NCBI GenBank assembly: GCA_963741945.1
Contig: CAVUKA010000001.1
Span: forward strand, 672,001-736,000
Source: an uncultured Gemmatimonadales bacterium
Lineage (GTDB): Bacteria; Gemmatimonadota; Gemmatimonadetes; Longimicrobiales; RSA9
DNA: 64,000 nucleotides
Direction: 5' to 3'
This document shows positions 19,682-29,730 of the stretch, piece by piece. The translations under genes and the position numbers were made by a program. The notes beneath the pieces were generated by a model that was given only the letters and a program-made list of their open reading frames with translations, was not told the DNA's origin and searched no databases. Within the stretch, counting starts at the first letter, position 1, and each line of letters opens with the position of its first letter.

Positions 19682-21139
19682 CTACTCCTTCCCGGTACCG
19701 GATTTCCGGCCACCGGCGCCCGCCGGCGCGAGCATCTTCGCCTCCAACCGCTTGCCGCCCCGCCTCGGCGGGACCGCGTGCGGCCCGCTCAGGCGGACCA
19801 CGTTGTCGGCTCCGAACGCTGCGGTGGCGTTGCGTGTGTCCACCACGAGCTTCGATTTCGCCACCACGCGACCGTAGTCGAGCGTGGAGTGGTCCGTGAT
19901 GATGACCACGGCGTCCGCCTCCTCGAGCTCCTCATCGGTGCATGCAACGCCGGTGCGGACCGTGCCGTCCTCTCGCAGCTCCGGGACGAAGGGGTCGTGG
20001 TAGCGGATCTCGGCTCCCTCCAGCTCGAGCATCTCCATGACATCGATGGCGGGGCTCTCCCGCACGTCGCCGATGTCCTTCTTGTAGGAGACGCCGAGGA
20101 TCAGGACCCGGCTCCCGAGCACGGGCTTTCGGTGTTCGTTGAGCGCGGCGCGCACCTTCTGCACCACGAACTCCGGCATCTCGGCGTTGATCTCGCTGGC
20201 CGCCTCGATCATGCGGGTGCGGTAGTTCAGCGTCTTCATCTTCCACGACAGGTACTGCGGGTCGAGGGGGATGCAGTGCCCGCCGATCCCGGGGCCGGGC
20301 GTGAACTTCATGAAGCCGAACGGCTTGGTGGCGGCGGCCTCGATGACTTCCCACACGTCCACGTCGAGCCGGTCGGCCACCTGCGCCATCTCGTTGGCCA
20401 GGGCGATGTTGATGGCCCGGAACGTGTTCTCCATCAGCTTCGTCAGCTCCGCCGCCTCCGTGGACGTCACGGGGACGATGGTGTCCAGCACGGAGCCGTA
20501 CGCCTTCACGCCCAGGTAGGTGCAGGCAGGCGTGATGCCGCCGATGACTTTCGGCGTGTTCGGCACCTGCCACACCCGGTTACCCGGGTCCACGCGCTCG
20601 GGACTGAAGCAGAGGAAGACGTCCTCGCCCACCTTGAGCCCCATCTCCTCCATCATGGGGAGCAGAACCTCCCGGGTGGTGCCCGGGTACGTGGTCGATT
20701 CCAGGATCACGAGCTGACCGGGTCGCAGCGCGCCGCATACCGCCCTGGCCGCCGACATGATGTAGCTCACGTCCGGGTCGCGCGTCTTCGACAGCGGCGT
20801 GGGGACGGCGATGGAGACGATGTCGCACTCGGAGAGCCGGGATGCGTCCGTGGTCGCCTCGAACAGACCCTTCTCCCGCATCTCCATCACCACGTGCGGC
20901 GGCACGTCCTCAACGTGTGACGACCCGGCATTCAGCACTTCGACCACGCGGGGCGCGATGTCGTAGCCGAGGACGGGATAGCCGCGATCCGCTATTGCGA
21001 CGGAGAGCGGCAGGCCCACGTAGCCCAGCCCGATGACGCCGAAGCGCGCTTCGCGGGCTTCCAGTCGGCGGATCAGCTCCCGGCCGTGGGACGAGAGGGT
21101 CGGTGGGGCGGCGTGCGCGCCGGTGTCGGCGTTCTCCAT
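19682..21139 (-). CDS. Nucleotide-sugar (UDP-HexNAc type) 6-dehydrogenase
   Basis: GLGYVGLPL, ESTTYPGTT, SPERVDPGN, PGPGIGGHCIP, YKKDIGDVRESP. Confidence 0.92.
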   Translation of the reverse strand: MENADTGAHAAPPTLSSHGRELIRRLEAREARFGVIGLGYVGLPLSVAIADRGYPVLGYDIAPRVVEVLNAGSSHVEDVPPHVVMEMREKGLFEATTDASRLSECDIVSIAVPTPLSKTRDPDVSYIMSAARAVCGALRPGQLVILESTTYPGTTREVLLPMMEEMGLKVGEDVFLCFSPERVDPGNRVWQVPNTPKVIGGITPACTYLGVKAYGSVLDTIVPVTSTEAAELTKLMENTFRAINIALANEMAQVADRLDVDVWEVIEAAATKPFGFMKFTPGPGIGGHCIPLDPQYLSWKMKTLNYRTRMIEAASEINAEMPEFVVQKVRAALNEHRKPVLGSRVLILGVSYKKDIGDVRESPAIDVMEMLELEGAEIRYHDPFVPELREDGTVRTGVACTDEELEEADAVVIITDHSTLDYGRVVAKSKLVVDTRNATAAFGADNVVRLSGPHAVPPRRGGKRLEAKMLAPAGAGGRKSGTGKE

Positions 21140-21205
21140 TGCGGCTTCTTTCGACGGGGTCCCGGAGCCCGATGCCGATCGGCGCGCGGGCTCCCAAGTT
21201 TAACG

Positions 21206-21236
21206 AAAATCCCCGGTACCCTCACGGGCACCGGGG
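21206..21236 (-). terminator. Intrinsic terminator after rpmB
   Basis: Minus strand CCCCGGTGCCC-GTGA-GGGTACCGGGG-ATTTT. Confidence 0.65.
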
Positions 21237-21262
21237 ACGTGATGCTCCACCGCGCGCCCGGC

Positions 21263-21454
21263 TCAGCCGGCCTTGCGGATCTTTCCGGCCGAGATGCAGC
21301 GCGTGCACACGCGCACCCGCTGTGGGCCTTCCTCGGTCTGGATCCTCACCCGCTGCAGGTTCGGCAGCCAGCGCCGACGCGTCTTGTTGTTCGCGTGGCT
21401 CACGTTGTTGCCGTAGATCGGTTTCTTCCCGCACACATAGCACTCGCGCGCCAT
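21263..21454 (-). CDS. rpmB: 50S ribosomal protein L28
   Basis: [26 protein letters not shown]. Confidence 0.96.
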   Translation of the reverse strand: MARECYVCGKKPIYGNNVSHANNKTRRRWLPNLQRVRIQTEEGPQRVRVCTRCISAGKIRKAG

Positions 21455-21477
21455 TCTATATCGCTCCTTCTCGCCCC

Positions 21478-22047
21478 TCAGCTCTCGCCCTGCGAGGCCG
21501 AGGCCGCGCCACCCGAGGCGGGCCGCGACGGCTGAATGTTGCTCACCTGCAGGTAGTAGTCGGCGAAGTCCGCCTGCACCCGCTCGCCCTCGCCCGTGAA
21601 CTCGCCCTGCTCCGCCCAGGCCCCGGAGACGGAGTCCGACATCGCCTCCATGGTCCCCGTCATCGTGTAGCTCGCCCCGGGCTGCACCTGCGTCGCCGCC
21701 GCGGCGGTCGAGTCCAGCCGCACCAGGATCGGCACCTGGCTGGACTGGCTGCCCAGCTCGCCCCAGTAGATGTTCGGGCCCAGCGACCCCGTGATCTGGA
21801 CGGCCGCGACGCGGATCGTCTGACCCAGGTACCTGGCCTTGTTCGTCCTCAGCGAGTCCTTCGGCACTTCCGTGAACGCGACGCCGCCACCCTCACCCGC
21901 GGCGGCGCTGTCCGCCTCCACCACCGGCACCGACGTCGGCTCGCTCGTGGTCCCCAGCCAGGCCAGGAACCCGCCGACGACGACGAGCGCCAGGATCATC
22001 CACACCCACGTCAGCGAACCCCCGGGCCCCTTCGCCTTCTCCGCCAT
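21478..22047 (-). CDS. Hypothetical protein with N-terminal TM anchor
   Basis: Fills the rplQ-rpmB gap with tight spacing; hydrophobic N-terminus. Confidence 0.75.
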   Translation of the reverse strand: MAEKAKGPGGSLTWVWMILALVVVGGFLAWLGTTSEPTSVPVVEADSAAAGEGGGVAFTEVPKDSLRTNKARYLGQTIRVAAVQITGSLGPNIYWGELGSQSSQVPILVRLDSTAAAATQVQPGASYTMTGTMEAMSDSVSGAWAEQGEFTGEGERVQADFADYYLQVSNIQPSRPASGGAASASQGES

Positions 22048-22053
22048 GGTCGT

Positions 22054-22407
22054 CTACTCCACCAGTTCGATGATCGCCACGTCGGCCGCATCACCAGCGC
22101 GATGACCTATCTTCACGACCCGCGTGTACCCGCCGGGCCGCTCCGCGTATCGCGGGCCGATCTCCTCGAACAGCCGGCTCAGTGCTTCACTGTCATGGAT
22201 CTTCCGGGCCACCACCCGGCGCGCGTGCAGGTCGCCCCGCTTCGCCTTCGTGATGAGCGGCTCGGCAAACTGGCGCAATTCCTTCGCTTTCGCCACCGTG
22301 GTCTCGACGCGACCGTGCTTGAACAGCGACGTCGCCATGTTGCGGAGCATCATCCGTCGGTGCTCCGCGGTACGGTTCAGGTGGCGCCCCTTCTTGCGAT
22401 GTCTCAT
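22054..22407 (-). CDS. rplQ: 50S ribosomal protein L17
   Basis: MRHRKKGRHLNRT, RPGGYTR. Confidence 0.97.
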   Translation of the reverse strand: MRHRKKGRHLNRTAEHRRMMLRNMATSLFKHGRVETTVAKAKELRQFAEPLITKAKRGDLHARRVVARKIHDSEALSRLFEEIGPRYAERPGGYTRVVKIGHRAGDAADVAIIELVE

Positions 22408-22416
22408 TGCTGCTCC

Positions 22417-23475
22417 TTACGCCTCCTCCTCGGCCACCGCCGCCTCGCCGGTGGACTCCACGTTCTCGTCCACCAGGTAGAGGTCCCCGTCCTCCCCCTC
22501 CTCCAGCTGCATCCCGAAACGGAGGTTGTGCTGCGCCAGGAACTGTCGGATCTCCTCCAGCGACTTCACACCGAAGTTGTCGATGTCCAGCATCTGGTCC
22601 TCCGTCCGACGGACCAGGTCGCCCAGCGTGATGATGTTCTCCTTCTTGAGCGAGTTCACGCTCCGCACGCTCAGCTCCGCCAGATCCTCGATCGGCCGCT
22701 CGAACAGGTCGCGCAGCGCCTTTGGCACCGGCACGGCCCCCGGCACCGGCGGCTCCGTCTCACCGGCATCCGAGAACTTCAGCATGTACTCCAGGTGACG
22801 ACGCCCCAGCCCCGCCGCGTACGCCACTGCGTCCTCCGGCGCCACGCTGCCGTTCGTCTCGATGTGCAGCGTCAGGCGGTCGAAGTCCGTGCGCTGGCCC
22901 ACGCGCGTCTCTTCCACGGTGAAGTTCGCCCGCAGCACCGGGTTGTAGATCGAGTCGATCCGCACCAGGTCCACCGGGCTCCCCTTCGGCGCCTCGTGAC
23001 TGTCCGCCGCCACGAAGCCGCGACCCTTGTTCACGTACAGTTCCAGGTGGATCTCCTTGTCCTCCTGCAGTGTGAACAGGTGGTGCTCCGGCTCCAGGAT
23101 CTCCACCGACGACGGCGGCTCGATCGCCCCGGCCAGCACCGGACCCGCGGCCGACGCGCGCAGCTCGAGCCGCGCCTCCTCCACGTCCGGATCCAGCTTC
23201 AGCACCAGCGTCTTCAGGTTCTGGATGATCTGGTGCACGTCCTCCGCCACGCCCGACACCGTCTGGTGCTCGTGCACCACCCCGTCCATCCGGAACGCCC
23301 ACACGGCCGCGCCCGGCAGCGACGAGAGAAGGATCCGGCGCACCGAGTTCCCCAGCGTCTGGCCGAACCCGCGCTCCAGCGGCGCCATGATGAACTGCGC
23401 CATCTTCCCATCCTCGGAGCGGTCACTGACTTCCACCCGCTGCGGCAGCACCAGTCCCGTGAGATCTAGCTCCAC
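22417..23475 (-). CDS. rpoA: RNA polymerase alpha subunit
   Basis: PLERGFGQTLGNSVRRILLSSLPG, RVGQRTDFD, ELSVRS. Confidence 0.97.
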   Translation of the reverse strand: MELDLTGLVLPQRVEVSDRSEDGKMAQFIMAPLERGFGQTLGNSVRRILLSSLPGAAVWAFRMDGVVHEHQTVSGVAEDVHQIIQNLKTLVLKLDPDVEEARLELRASAAGPVLAGAIEPPSSVEILEPEHHLFTLQEDKEIHLELYVNKGRGFVAADSHEAPKGSPVDLVRIDSIYNPVLRANFTVEETRVGQRTDFDRLTLHIETNGSVAPEDAVAYAAGLGRRHLEYMLKFSDAGETEPPVPGAVPVPKALRDLFERPIEDLAELSVRSVNSLKKENIITLGDLVRRTEDQMLDIDNFGVKSLEEIRQFLAQHNLRFGMQLEEGEDGDLYLVDENVESTGEAAVAEEEA

Positions 23476-23501
23476 ATCTCCTCCTTGCAGTCAGCCCCGG
23501 C

Positions 23502-23540
23502 CAACGGGGCCCGGACACCGCCGGTGCCCGGGCCCCGTTG
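23502..23540. other. Long intergenic hairpin between rpsD and rpoA
   Basis: CAACGGGGCCCGGACACCG / CGGTGCCCGGGCCCCGTTG. Confidence 0.6.
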
Positions 23541-23554
23541 CCCTGGTTCCTCGT

Positions 23555-24190
23555 TTACTTCGAGTAGAGCTCCACGATCAGCTGCTCCTGGACCGGCAGC
23601 GGGATCTCCGCACGCGTCGGACGCTCCAGCATCCGGCCCGTCCGCGTCCCCTCGTCCAGCGCCAGCCAGCTCACTGTGTCCGGCCGCGTCTTCGATTCCA
23701 GTGCCACCTGCACCGGCACCAGATCACGGGATCCAGCCTTCAGCCGCACTTCGTCCCCCGCCTGCACCTGGTAGCTCGGCACGTCCACCGGCCGGCCGTT
23801 CACTTCCACGTGCCGGTGCCGCACCAGCTGCCTCGACTGCGCCCGGCTCCCGGCGAACCCGAGCCGGTAGACGACGTTGTCCAGGCGCTGCTCCAGCCCC
23901 ACCAGCAGGTTCTCGCCCGTCAGCCCCGTCTGCGTCGCCGCACGCTTGAACAGGTTGCGGAAATACCGCTCGCCCACGCCGTAGATCCGCTTCACCTTCT
24001 GCTTCTCACGAAGCTGAAGCGCGTAGTCGCTCGTCTTGCGACGACGCGCCTGCGCCACGCCGTGCTGCCCGGGCGGGTAGCTCCGCCGCTCCACCGGGCA
24101 CTTCTCCGTAAAGCACTTCGTGCCCTTGAGGAAGAGCTTCCCGCCCTCCCGCCGGCACAGCTTGCACACCGGTCCTGTATAACGACCCAT
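23555..24190 (-). CDS. rpsD: 30S ribosomal protein S4
   Basis: MGRYTGPVCKLCRREG, LREKQK, RLDNVVYRLG. Confidence 0.97.
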   Translation of the reverse strand: MGRYTGPVCKLCRREGGKLFLKGTKCFTEKCPVERRSYPPGQHGVAQARRRKTSDYALQLREKQKVKRIYGVGERYFRNLFKRAATQTGLTGENLLVGLEQRLDNVVYRLGFAGSRAQSRQLVRHRHVEVNGRPVDVPSYQVQAGDEVRLKAGSRDLVPVQVALESKTRPDTVSWLALDEGTRTGRMLERPTRAEIPLPVQEQLIVELYSK

Positions 24191-24303
24191 TCGACCGTCT
24201 CGCTCCTGTTCCCGTTCTGTTCCGCGGCTTCTTCCCGCCTGGACGGCTCGGCGGTTTACGCCCCCATGCTGCCCGTCGTTCGCCGTCGCCGGTGGCGACG
24301 GCC

Positions 24304-24696
24304 CTACACCCTGCGCTTCTTCGGAGGCCTGCACCCGTTGTGCGGGATCGGCGTGATGTCGCGGATCGACCGCACCTGCAGCCCCGCCGCGCTCAGCGCC
24401 TGGATCGCCGACTCCCGGCCGCTGCCGGGACCCTGCAGACGCACGTGCACCCGGCGCACGCCCAGGTTGAACGCCTCGCGGCCCACCTGCTCCGCCGACA
24501 CGGTCGCCGCGAACGGCGTCGATTTCTTCGAGCCCTTGAACCCGGCCTTGCCCGCGCTACCCCACGTCACCACATCACCGTTCATGTTCGTGATCGTGAT
24601 GAGCGTGTTGTTGAACGTGGCCTTGATGTAGGCCATTCCCTCGGACTCGACCTGCTTCTTCGCCCGCTTCGTCCGGCCCTTCTTCGGTTGCGCCAT
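24304..24696 (-). CDS. rpsK: 30S ribosomal protein S11
   Basis: [20 protein letters not shown]. Confidence 0.97.
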   Translation of the reverse strand: MAQPKKGRTKRAKKQVESEGMAYIKATFNNTLITITNMNGDVVTWGSAGKAGFKGSKKSTPFAATVSAEQVGREAFNLGVRRVHVRLQGPGSGRESAIQALSAAGLQVRSIRDITPIPHNGCRPPKKRRV

Positions 24697-24766
24697 GTTC
24701 CGCTTTCAGTCTCAGCTGTCCCAGTGTGTCCGCGGGCCGCAGGCCGCGCGCTCCTGCCGTTCCGCC

Positions 24767-25147
24767 CTACTTCCGCGCCACCCGCTTCTTGCCCGCGATC
24801 GCCCGACGCTGACCCTTGTGCGTCCGCGCGTTCGTGTGCGTCCGCTGACCGCGCACGGGCAGGCCCCGGCGGTGTCGCAGCCCACGGTAGCAGCCGATGT
24901 CCATCAATCGCTTGATGTTCATCGACACTTCGCTCCGCAGCGCGCCCTCCACCTTGTACTGGCTCTCGATCATCCGCCGCAGCCGGTTGACCTCCTCGTC
25001 GCTCAGGTCCTGCACGCGACGATCCGGGTCCACTGCCGTCTTGTCGAGAATCTTCCTCGCCGTCGAGTCGCCCACGCCATAGATGTACGTGAGCGCCACT
25101 TCGATCCGCTTGTTACGCGGAAGATCGACTCCTGCGATCCGTGCCAT
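24767..25147 (-). CDS. rpsM: 30S ribosomal protein S13
   Basis: [19 protein letters not shown]. Confidence 0.97.
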   Translation of the reverse strand: MARIAGVDLPRNKRIEVALTYIYGVGDSTARKILDKTAVDPDRRVQDLSDEEVNRLRRMIESQYKVEGALRSEVSMNIKRLMDIGCYRGLRHRRGLPVRGQRTHTNARTHKGQRRAIAGKKRVARK

Positions 25148-25153
25148 AGTCGC

Positions 25154-25270
25154 CTACCCCTGCCGCTGCTTGTGCCGCGGGTTCTTCTTGCAAATGATCC
25201 GGACCACGCCGCGCCGCCGGATGACCCGGCAGTGCTCGCAGATCGGCTTCACGCTGGTTCGCACCTTCAT
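25154..25270 (-). CDS. rpmJ: 50S ribosomal protein L36 (not in ORF track)
   Basis: Hand translation [38 protein letters not shown]. Confidence 0.96.
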   Translation of the reverse strand: MKVRTSVKPICEHCRVIRRRGVVRIICKKNPRHKQRQG

Positions 25271-25303
25271 GCGGACACCCCTTCGTTTATTCGACAGCTT
25301 TGA

Positions 25304-25332
25304 AGTATAGCGTTCACTTCTCCACCCAACAA
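25304..25332 (-). promoter_or_regulatory. sigma70-type promoter for rpmJ and the alpha operon
   Basis: Minus strand TTGTTG-17 nt-TATACT. Confidence 0.6.
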
Positions 25333-25416
25333 CCCCCGCCCACCGCCGCGCCCGTCGTCCCGCCTCCCGCTCACCGGACGTCGCTCAGCGGGGGCCGCAG
25401 CCACGCGGCCGACCGA

Positions 25417-26166
25417 CTACGCCGTCAGGATCCTCGGCCCATCCTTCGTCACGGCGACAGTATGCTCGAAGTGCGCGCTCCGGCGCTGGTCCGTGGTGAC
25501 CACGGTCCAGCGGTCCGGCAGCGTGCGCACACTGGCCGTGCCGAGATTGACCATGGGCTCGATGGCGATCACGAGTCCCACCTCGAGCCTGGCGCCCCGC
25601 CCCGCGGTGCCGAAGTTGGGCACCTGCGGGTCCTCGTGCGGCTCGCGGCCAATGCCGTGGCCCACGAGCTCACGCACGACCCCGTACCCCGCGCCCTCCG
25701 CCTTCTTCTGGATGACGTGGCCGATGTCGCCGAGCCGGTTGTCCGGCCTCGCCTCGGCAATGCCCAGGGCGAGTGCCTCCTGCGTGACGTCCAGCAGCCG
25801 GCGCGTCTCTTCGTCGATCGTACCCACGGGGAACGTCCGGGCGGAGTCGGCGAACCAGCCGTCGAGCTTCACACCCACGTCCACGCTGATGATGTCGCCG
25901 TCGTTCAGGCGGCGGTACGGGCTCGGAATGCCGTGGACCACCTCGTGGTTCACGGACGCGCACACGCTCGCCGGGAAGCCGTAGAGACCCTTGAACGCGG
26001 GCTCGGCGCCATCGTGCCCCCGGATGAACTCCTCCGACAACGCGTCGATGTCGGCCGTGCTCACGCCCGGCTGCACGTGCTCAGGCAGCATCTCGAACAG
26101 CTCGGCGATGATGCGTCCGGCCCGCGCGATGGCTTCGATCTCTTCCGGCTTCTTCAGCCTGGTCAT
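25417..26166 (-). CDS. map: Methionine aminopeptidase type I
   Basis: SVNHEVVHGIP, DSART, GHGIG, AIEPM, SAHFEHT. Confidence 0.96.
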   Translation of the reverse strand: MTRLKKPEEIEAIARAGRIIAELFEMLPEHVQPGVSTADIDALSEEFIRGHDGAEPAFKGLYGFPASVCASVNHEVVHGIPSPYRRLNDGDIISVDVGVKLDGWFADSARTFPVGTIDEETRRLLDVTQEALALGIAEARPDNRLGDIGHVIQKKAEGAGYGVVRELVGHGIGREPHEDPQVPNFGTAGRGARLEVGLVIAIEPMVNLGTASVRTLPDRWTVVTTDQRRSAHFEHTVAVTKDGPRILTA

Positions 26167-26807
26167 GCCACCGTGAGGACGGCCTCTATGGCGTCCTGGA
26201 CGTCGTCGACGGGCTTCTGCCCGTCCACGACCTCGATCGCGACGCCGCGATCGCGATAGTGGTCGATCACGGGCCGGGTCTGACGACGATAGACCGCCAG
26301 CCGGTTGGCCACGGTCTGCTCGTTGTCGTCCGCCCGCTGCACGAGCGCGGCGCCGCAGCGGTCGCAGATACCTTCCTTCGACGGTGGGTCGAAGTAGATG
26401 TTGTGGACCGCCTTGCACTCGGGACAGGAGCGCCGGCCGCTGATGCGCTTGACCAGGACATCGTCCGGGGCCTCGAGCACCACCACCACGTCCAGCGCCA
26501 GCGCCATCTCGTCCATCATGACGTCCAGGCGCTCCGCCTGCTCCACGTTGCGCGGGAAGCCGTCCAGGATGAAGCCGTCCCGGGCGGCCGCGATGACTTC
26601 CTTGACCAGGCCGAGGATGACGTCATCGGGCACCAGCTCGCCCGCGTCCATGTACTTCTTCGCTTCCTTGCCGAGGTCCGTGCCGCGCCGAACCGCGTCG
26701 CGCAGCAGGTCCCCGGTGGAGATCTGAGTCAGGTTGTGCCGCTTTGCCAGCAAGTCGCCCTGGGTGCCTTTACCGACACCGGGCGCACCGAGAAGGATCA
26801 GACGCAT
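26163..26807 (-). CDS. adk: Adenylate kinase
   Basis: GAPGVGKGTQ, STGDLLR, LDGFPR, zinc-lid CxxC pairs. Confidence 0.96.
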   Translation of the reverse strand: MRLILLGAPGVGKGTQGDLLAKRHNLTQISTGDLLRDAVRRGTDLGKEAKKYMDAGELVPDDVILGLVKEVIAAARDGFILDGFPRNVEQAERLDVMMDEMALALDVVVVLEAPDDVLVKRISGRRSCPECKAVHNIYFDPPSKEGICDRCGAALVQRADDNEQTVANRLAVYRRQTRPVIDHYRDRGVAIEVVDGQKPVDDVQDAIEAVLTVA

Positions 26808-26811
26808 GTCT

Positions 26812-28128
26812 CTACCCCATGTAGCGTTGACGCCCACGGAACCGGACGCGCCCCTTCTTCATGAACCCTTCGTAGTGACGGAGCAGCAGGTGCTGCTGCA
26901 TCTGCTGAACCGTATCCAGCCCGACGCCCACCACGATGAGGAGGGACGTGCCGCCGAAATAGAAGAGTTGAATGTTGAACAGGTCGAAGATCCAGAACGG
27001 GATCATCGCGATCAGCGCCAGGTAGATCGCGCCCGGGAGCGTGATCCGGCTGAGTACGTGATCGATATACTCCGCCGTGCGCGCGCCCGGCTTCACGCCC
27101 GGGATGAACGCACCCTGCTTCTTGAGGTTCTCCGCCAGGTCCACCGGATTGAAGATGATGGACGTGTAGAAGTAGGTGAAGAACAGGATGAGCAGCCCGT
27201 ACGAAACGTAGTACACGGGACTGCCCGGCTGGAACGTCTGCGAAAGACTGCGCAGCCAGCCGATGTTGCTGAACGCCGCCACCGTGCCGGGCACGATGAT
27301 GATGGACTGGGCGAAAATGATCGGCATCACGCCCGCGGAGTTGATGCGCAGCGGGATGAAGCTCTTCTGCCCTTCGCGCACGCGCCCGCGGCCCATGACC
27401 TTGCGAGGGATCTGCACGGGCAGCTTCCGCGCGGCCATGGTCATGGCCACCACGGCGGCCACGATGGCGACCATCATCGCCAGCAGCACGATCAGCATGA
27501 TCGGGCTGATCACGCCGGAGACCACGGCATCCCACGTCCGCACCGTGGCGCTCGGGAACCCATCGATGATCGAGAAGAAGATCAGAAGCGACGCGCCGTT
27601 GCCGATCCCCTGCTCGGTGATCATCTCGCCGAGCCACATCACGAAGATGGCGCCCGTGGTCAGCACCAGCGTGGTGCTGATCATGAACGCCCAGCCCGAC
27701 GTCGTGACTGCGCCCGGGATGCTGTGGATGAAGACCGAGTAGCCGTAGCCCTGGGCCGCGGCCAGCACCACCGTGGCGTAGCGCGTCCATTGCGTCAGCT
27801 TCTTGCGCCCTTCTTCCCCCTCCTTCTGCATCTTCTCGATGGTGGGGAAGACGGCCGCGAGCAGCTGGAACATGATGCTCGCGGAGATGAACGGCATGAT
27901 CCCCAGCGCGAAGATCGTGGCGCGCCGGAGCGCACCGCCCACGAACATGTCGTAGACACCGAAGAGCGTCCCCTGGAGCTGGCCCAGCTGGGCTTCCAGG
28001 GCCCGAACGTCGATGCCCGGCGACGTGATGTGCGCGCCGAAGCGATAGACCAGCAGCGCCCCGAGCGTGAACAGGATCTTGTTCTTGAGCTCCGGGATCC
28101 GCCACAGGTTCGGGATCGGATTGGCCAT
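26812..28128 (-). CDS. secY: Preprotein translocase SecY
   Basis: IFALGIMPFI, GIGNG, GVMPIIFA, GGTSLLIVVGV. Confidence 0.97.
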   Translation of the reverse strand: MANPIPNLWRIPELKNKILFTLGALLVYRFGAHITSPGIDVRALEAQLGQLQGTLFGVYDMFVGGALRRATIFALGIMPFISASIMFQLLAAVFPTIEKMQKEGEEGRKKLTQWTRYATVVLAAAQGYGYSVFIHSIPGAVTTSGWAFMISTTLVLTTGAIFVMWLGEMITEQGIGNGASLLIFFSIIDGFPSATVRTWDAVVSGVISPIMLIVLLAMMVAIVAAVVAMTMAARKLPVQIPRKVMGRGRVREGQKSFIPLRINSAGVMPIIFAQSIIIVPGTVAAFSNIGWLRSLSQTFQPGSPVYYVSYGLLILFFTYFYTSIIFNPVDLAENLKKQGAFIPGVKPGARTAEYIDHVLSRITLPGAIYLALIAMIPFWIFDLFNIQLFYFGGTSLLIVVGVGLDTVQQMQQHLLLRHYEGFMKKGRVRFRGRQRYMG

Positions 28129-28132
28129 CCCG

Positions 28133-28585
28133 CTATTCCTCCAGGAGCTCGACGCTGCCGCCCGCGTCTTCGATCTTCTTCCGGGCGCCGGCGCTGATCG
28201 CGTGGGCCTTCACAGTGACCTTCCGGTCCAGCTCGCCCTTGCCGAGCACCTTCACCGGCCGGCCCCTGCCCAGGTCCACGAGGCCATGCTCGTGCAGGAT
28301 CGCGGGCGTGACGGTCTCGGCCTCGATCCGGCCGAGGTCCTGCACGTTCACGATCTCGAACGCGTTCTCCTTGTGGCTCGTGAAGCCGCGCTTCGGGATG
28401 CGCCGCTGCAGCGGCATCTGGCCACCCTCGAACCAGGCCGGCATGCCGTGATGCCCGGTCCTCGCCTTCTGGCCCTTGTGCCCCTTGCCGGACGTCTTGC
28501 CCGTCCCCGACCCCGGGCCCCGCCCGAGACGCTTGCGGGAACGGTGCGCGCCTTTCGGCCTCCGCAGATTGTTCAGATCCGACAT
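28133..28585 (-). CDS. rplO: 50S ribosomal protein L15
   Basis: GRGPGSG, FEGGQMPL. Confidence 0.97.
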   Translation of the reverse strand: MSDLNNLRRPKGAHRSRKRLGRGPGSGTGKTSGKGHKGQKARTGHHGMPAWFEGGQMPLQRRIPKRGFTSHKENAFEIVNVQDLGRIEAETVTPAILHEHGLVDLGRGRPVKVLGKGELDRKVTVKAHAISAGARKKIEDAGGSVELLEE

Positions 28586-28592
28586 CGATCCC

Positions 28593-28802
28593 CTACTCCT
28601 CGCCTTGCAGCGCTTCGACCTCGACCAGGTGGCGGACCTGGAAGATCATCCCCCGGATCGCCTCGTTGTCTTCCTTCACCACTGTCTGCTGGTGTCGCCG
28701 CAGTCCCAGCGCCTCCAGCGTGGCGCGGTGCTTCGCCGGCCGGCCGTTCCGGCTCCGGACCTGCGTGATCCGCAGCTTGCCGCCGCTCCTCCCGCTAGCC
28801 AT
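28593..28802 (-). CDS. rpmD: 50S ribosomal protein L30
   Basis: [20 protein letters not shown]; synteny. Confidence 0.94.
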   Translation of the reverse strand: MASGRSGGKLRITQVRSRNGRPAKHRATLEALGLRRHQQTVVKEDNEAIRGMIFQVRHLVEVEALQGEE

Positions 28803-29325
28803 GCCGCACCTCCAGGTCCGTGACCGGCACGCCGCGCTCGCCCGCCACCTGCTCGGCCGTCACCATGTCGTCCAGCCCCTGCATGGTGGCGCGCGCGGTG
28901 TTCACCGCGTTGTTCGAGCCCAGGCTCTTCGTCAGCACGTCCGTGTACCCGGCCGCTTCCAGGACCGCGCGCACGGCGCCACCGGCGATCACGCCCGTAC
29001 CGGGGCCCGCCGGCTTGAGCAGCACCCGGGCCGCGCCGACCCGGCCCACGATCTCGTGGGGGACCGTGCCCTCGATCATGGGCACCTTCACCATGGCCTT
29101 GCGCGCCTGGTCCATCCCCTTGCGGATGGCCTCGGCCACTTCATTGGCCTTGCCCAGCGCGATGCCCACTTTCCCGTTCTTGTCGCCCACCGCCACCAGC
29201 GCGCTGAACGAGAAGCGACGGCCGCCCTTCACGACCTTCGCGACGCGGTTGATGTGGATCACAGTCTCCGTGAGATCCGACTCCTGCCGGCCCCGGCGAC
29301 CGCCTCCTCGGTTGTCTCTCGCCAT
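28795..29325 (-). CDS. rpsE: 30S ribosomal protein S5
   Basis: [24 protein letters not shown]. Confidence 0.97.
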   Translation of the reverse strand: MARDNRGGGRRGRQESDLTETVIHINRVAKVVKGGRRFSFSALVAVGDKNGKVGIALGKANEVAEAIRKGMDQARKAMVKVPMIEGTVPHEIVGRVGAARVLLKPAGPGTGVIAGGAVRAVLEAAGYTDVLTKSLGSNNAVNTARATMQGLDDMVTAEQVAGERGVPVTDLEVRHG

Positions 29326-29337
29326 CCTCGCGTCTCC

Positions 29338-29721
29338 TTAGAACTTCAGGCCGCCTTCGCGGGCGCCCTCTGCGAAGGCCGCCACGCGGCCGTGATAGAG
29401 GTAGCCGCCGCGATCGAACACCACTGACTCGATCCCCGCTTCCTTCGCCAGGGTCGCGATCCGCTTCCCCGCCTCGCGGCTCAACTTCGTCTTGTCCGTT
29501 TCGTCCTCGTCTCGCAGCGCCCGCAGCTCGGGCCCCGTGGTCGACACCCCCAGCAGCACCCTCCCGCTCAGGTCGTCCACCAGCTGCCCGTGCATGTGCT
29601 TCAGCGACCGGTGAACCACCAGGCGCGGCCGCTCCGCGGTGCCTTCCACCTTGCGGCGGACCCGCTGATGGCGACGCAGTCGCTGCGTCTCTCGCCGGCT
29701 CGTCTTCATTCTACCCGCCAT
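29338..29721 (-). CDS. rplR: 50S ribosomal protein L18
   Basis: GTAERPRL, VFDRGGYLYHGRV. Confidence 0.97.
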   Translation of the reverse strand: MAGRMKTSRRETQRLRRHQRVRRKVEGTAERPRLVVHRSLKHMHGQLVDDLSGRVLLGVSTTGPELRALRDEDETDKTKLSREAGKRIATLAKEAGIESVVFDRGGYLYHGRVAAFAEGAREGGLKF

Positions 29722-29730
29722 GGCTGACCT

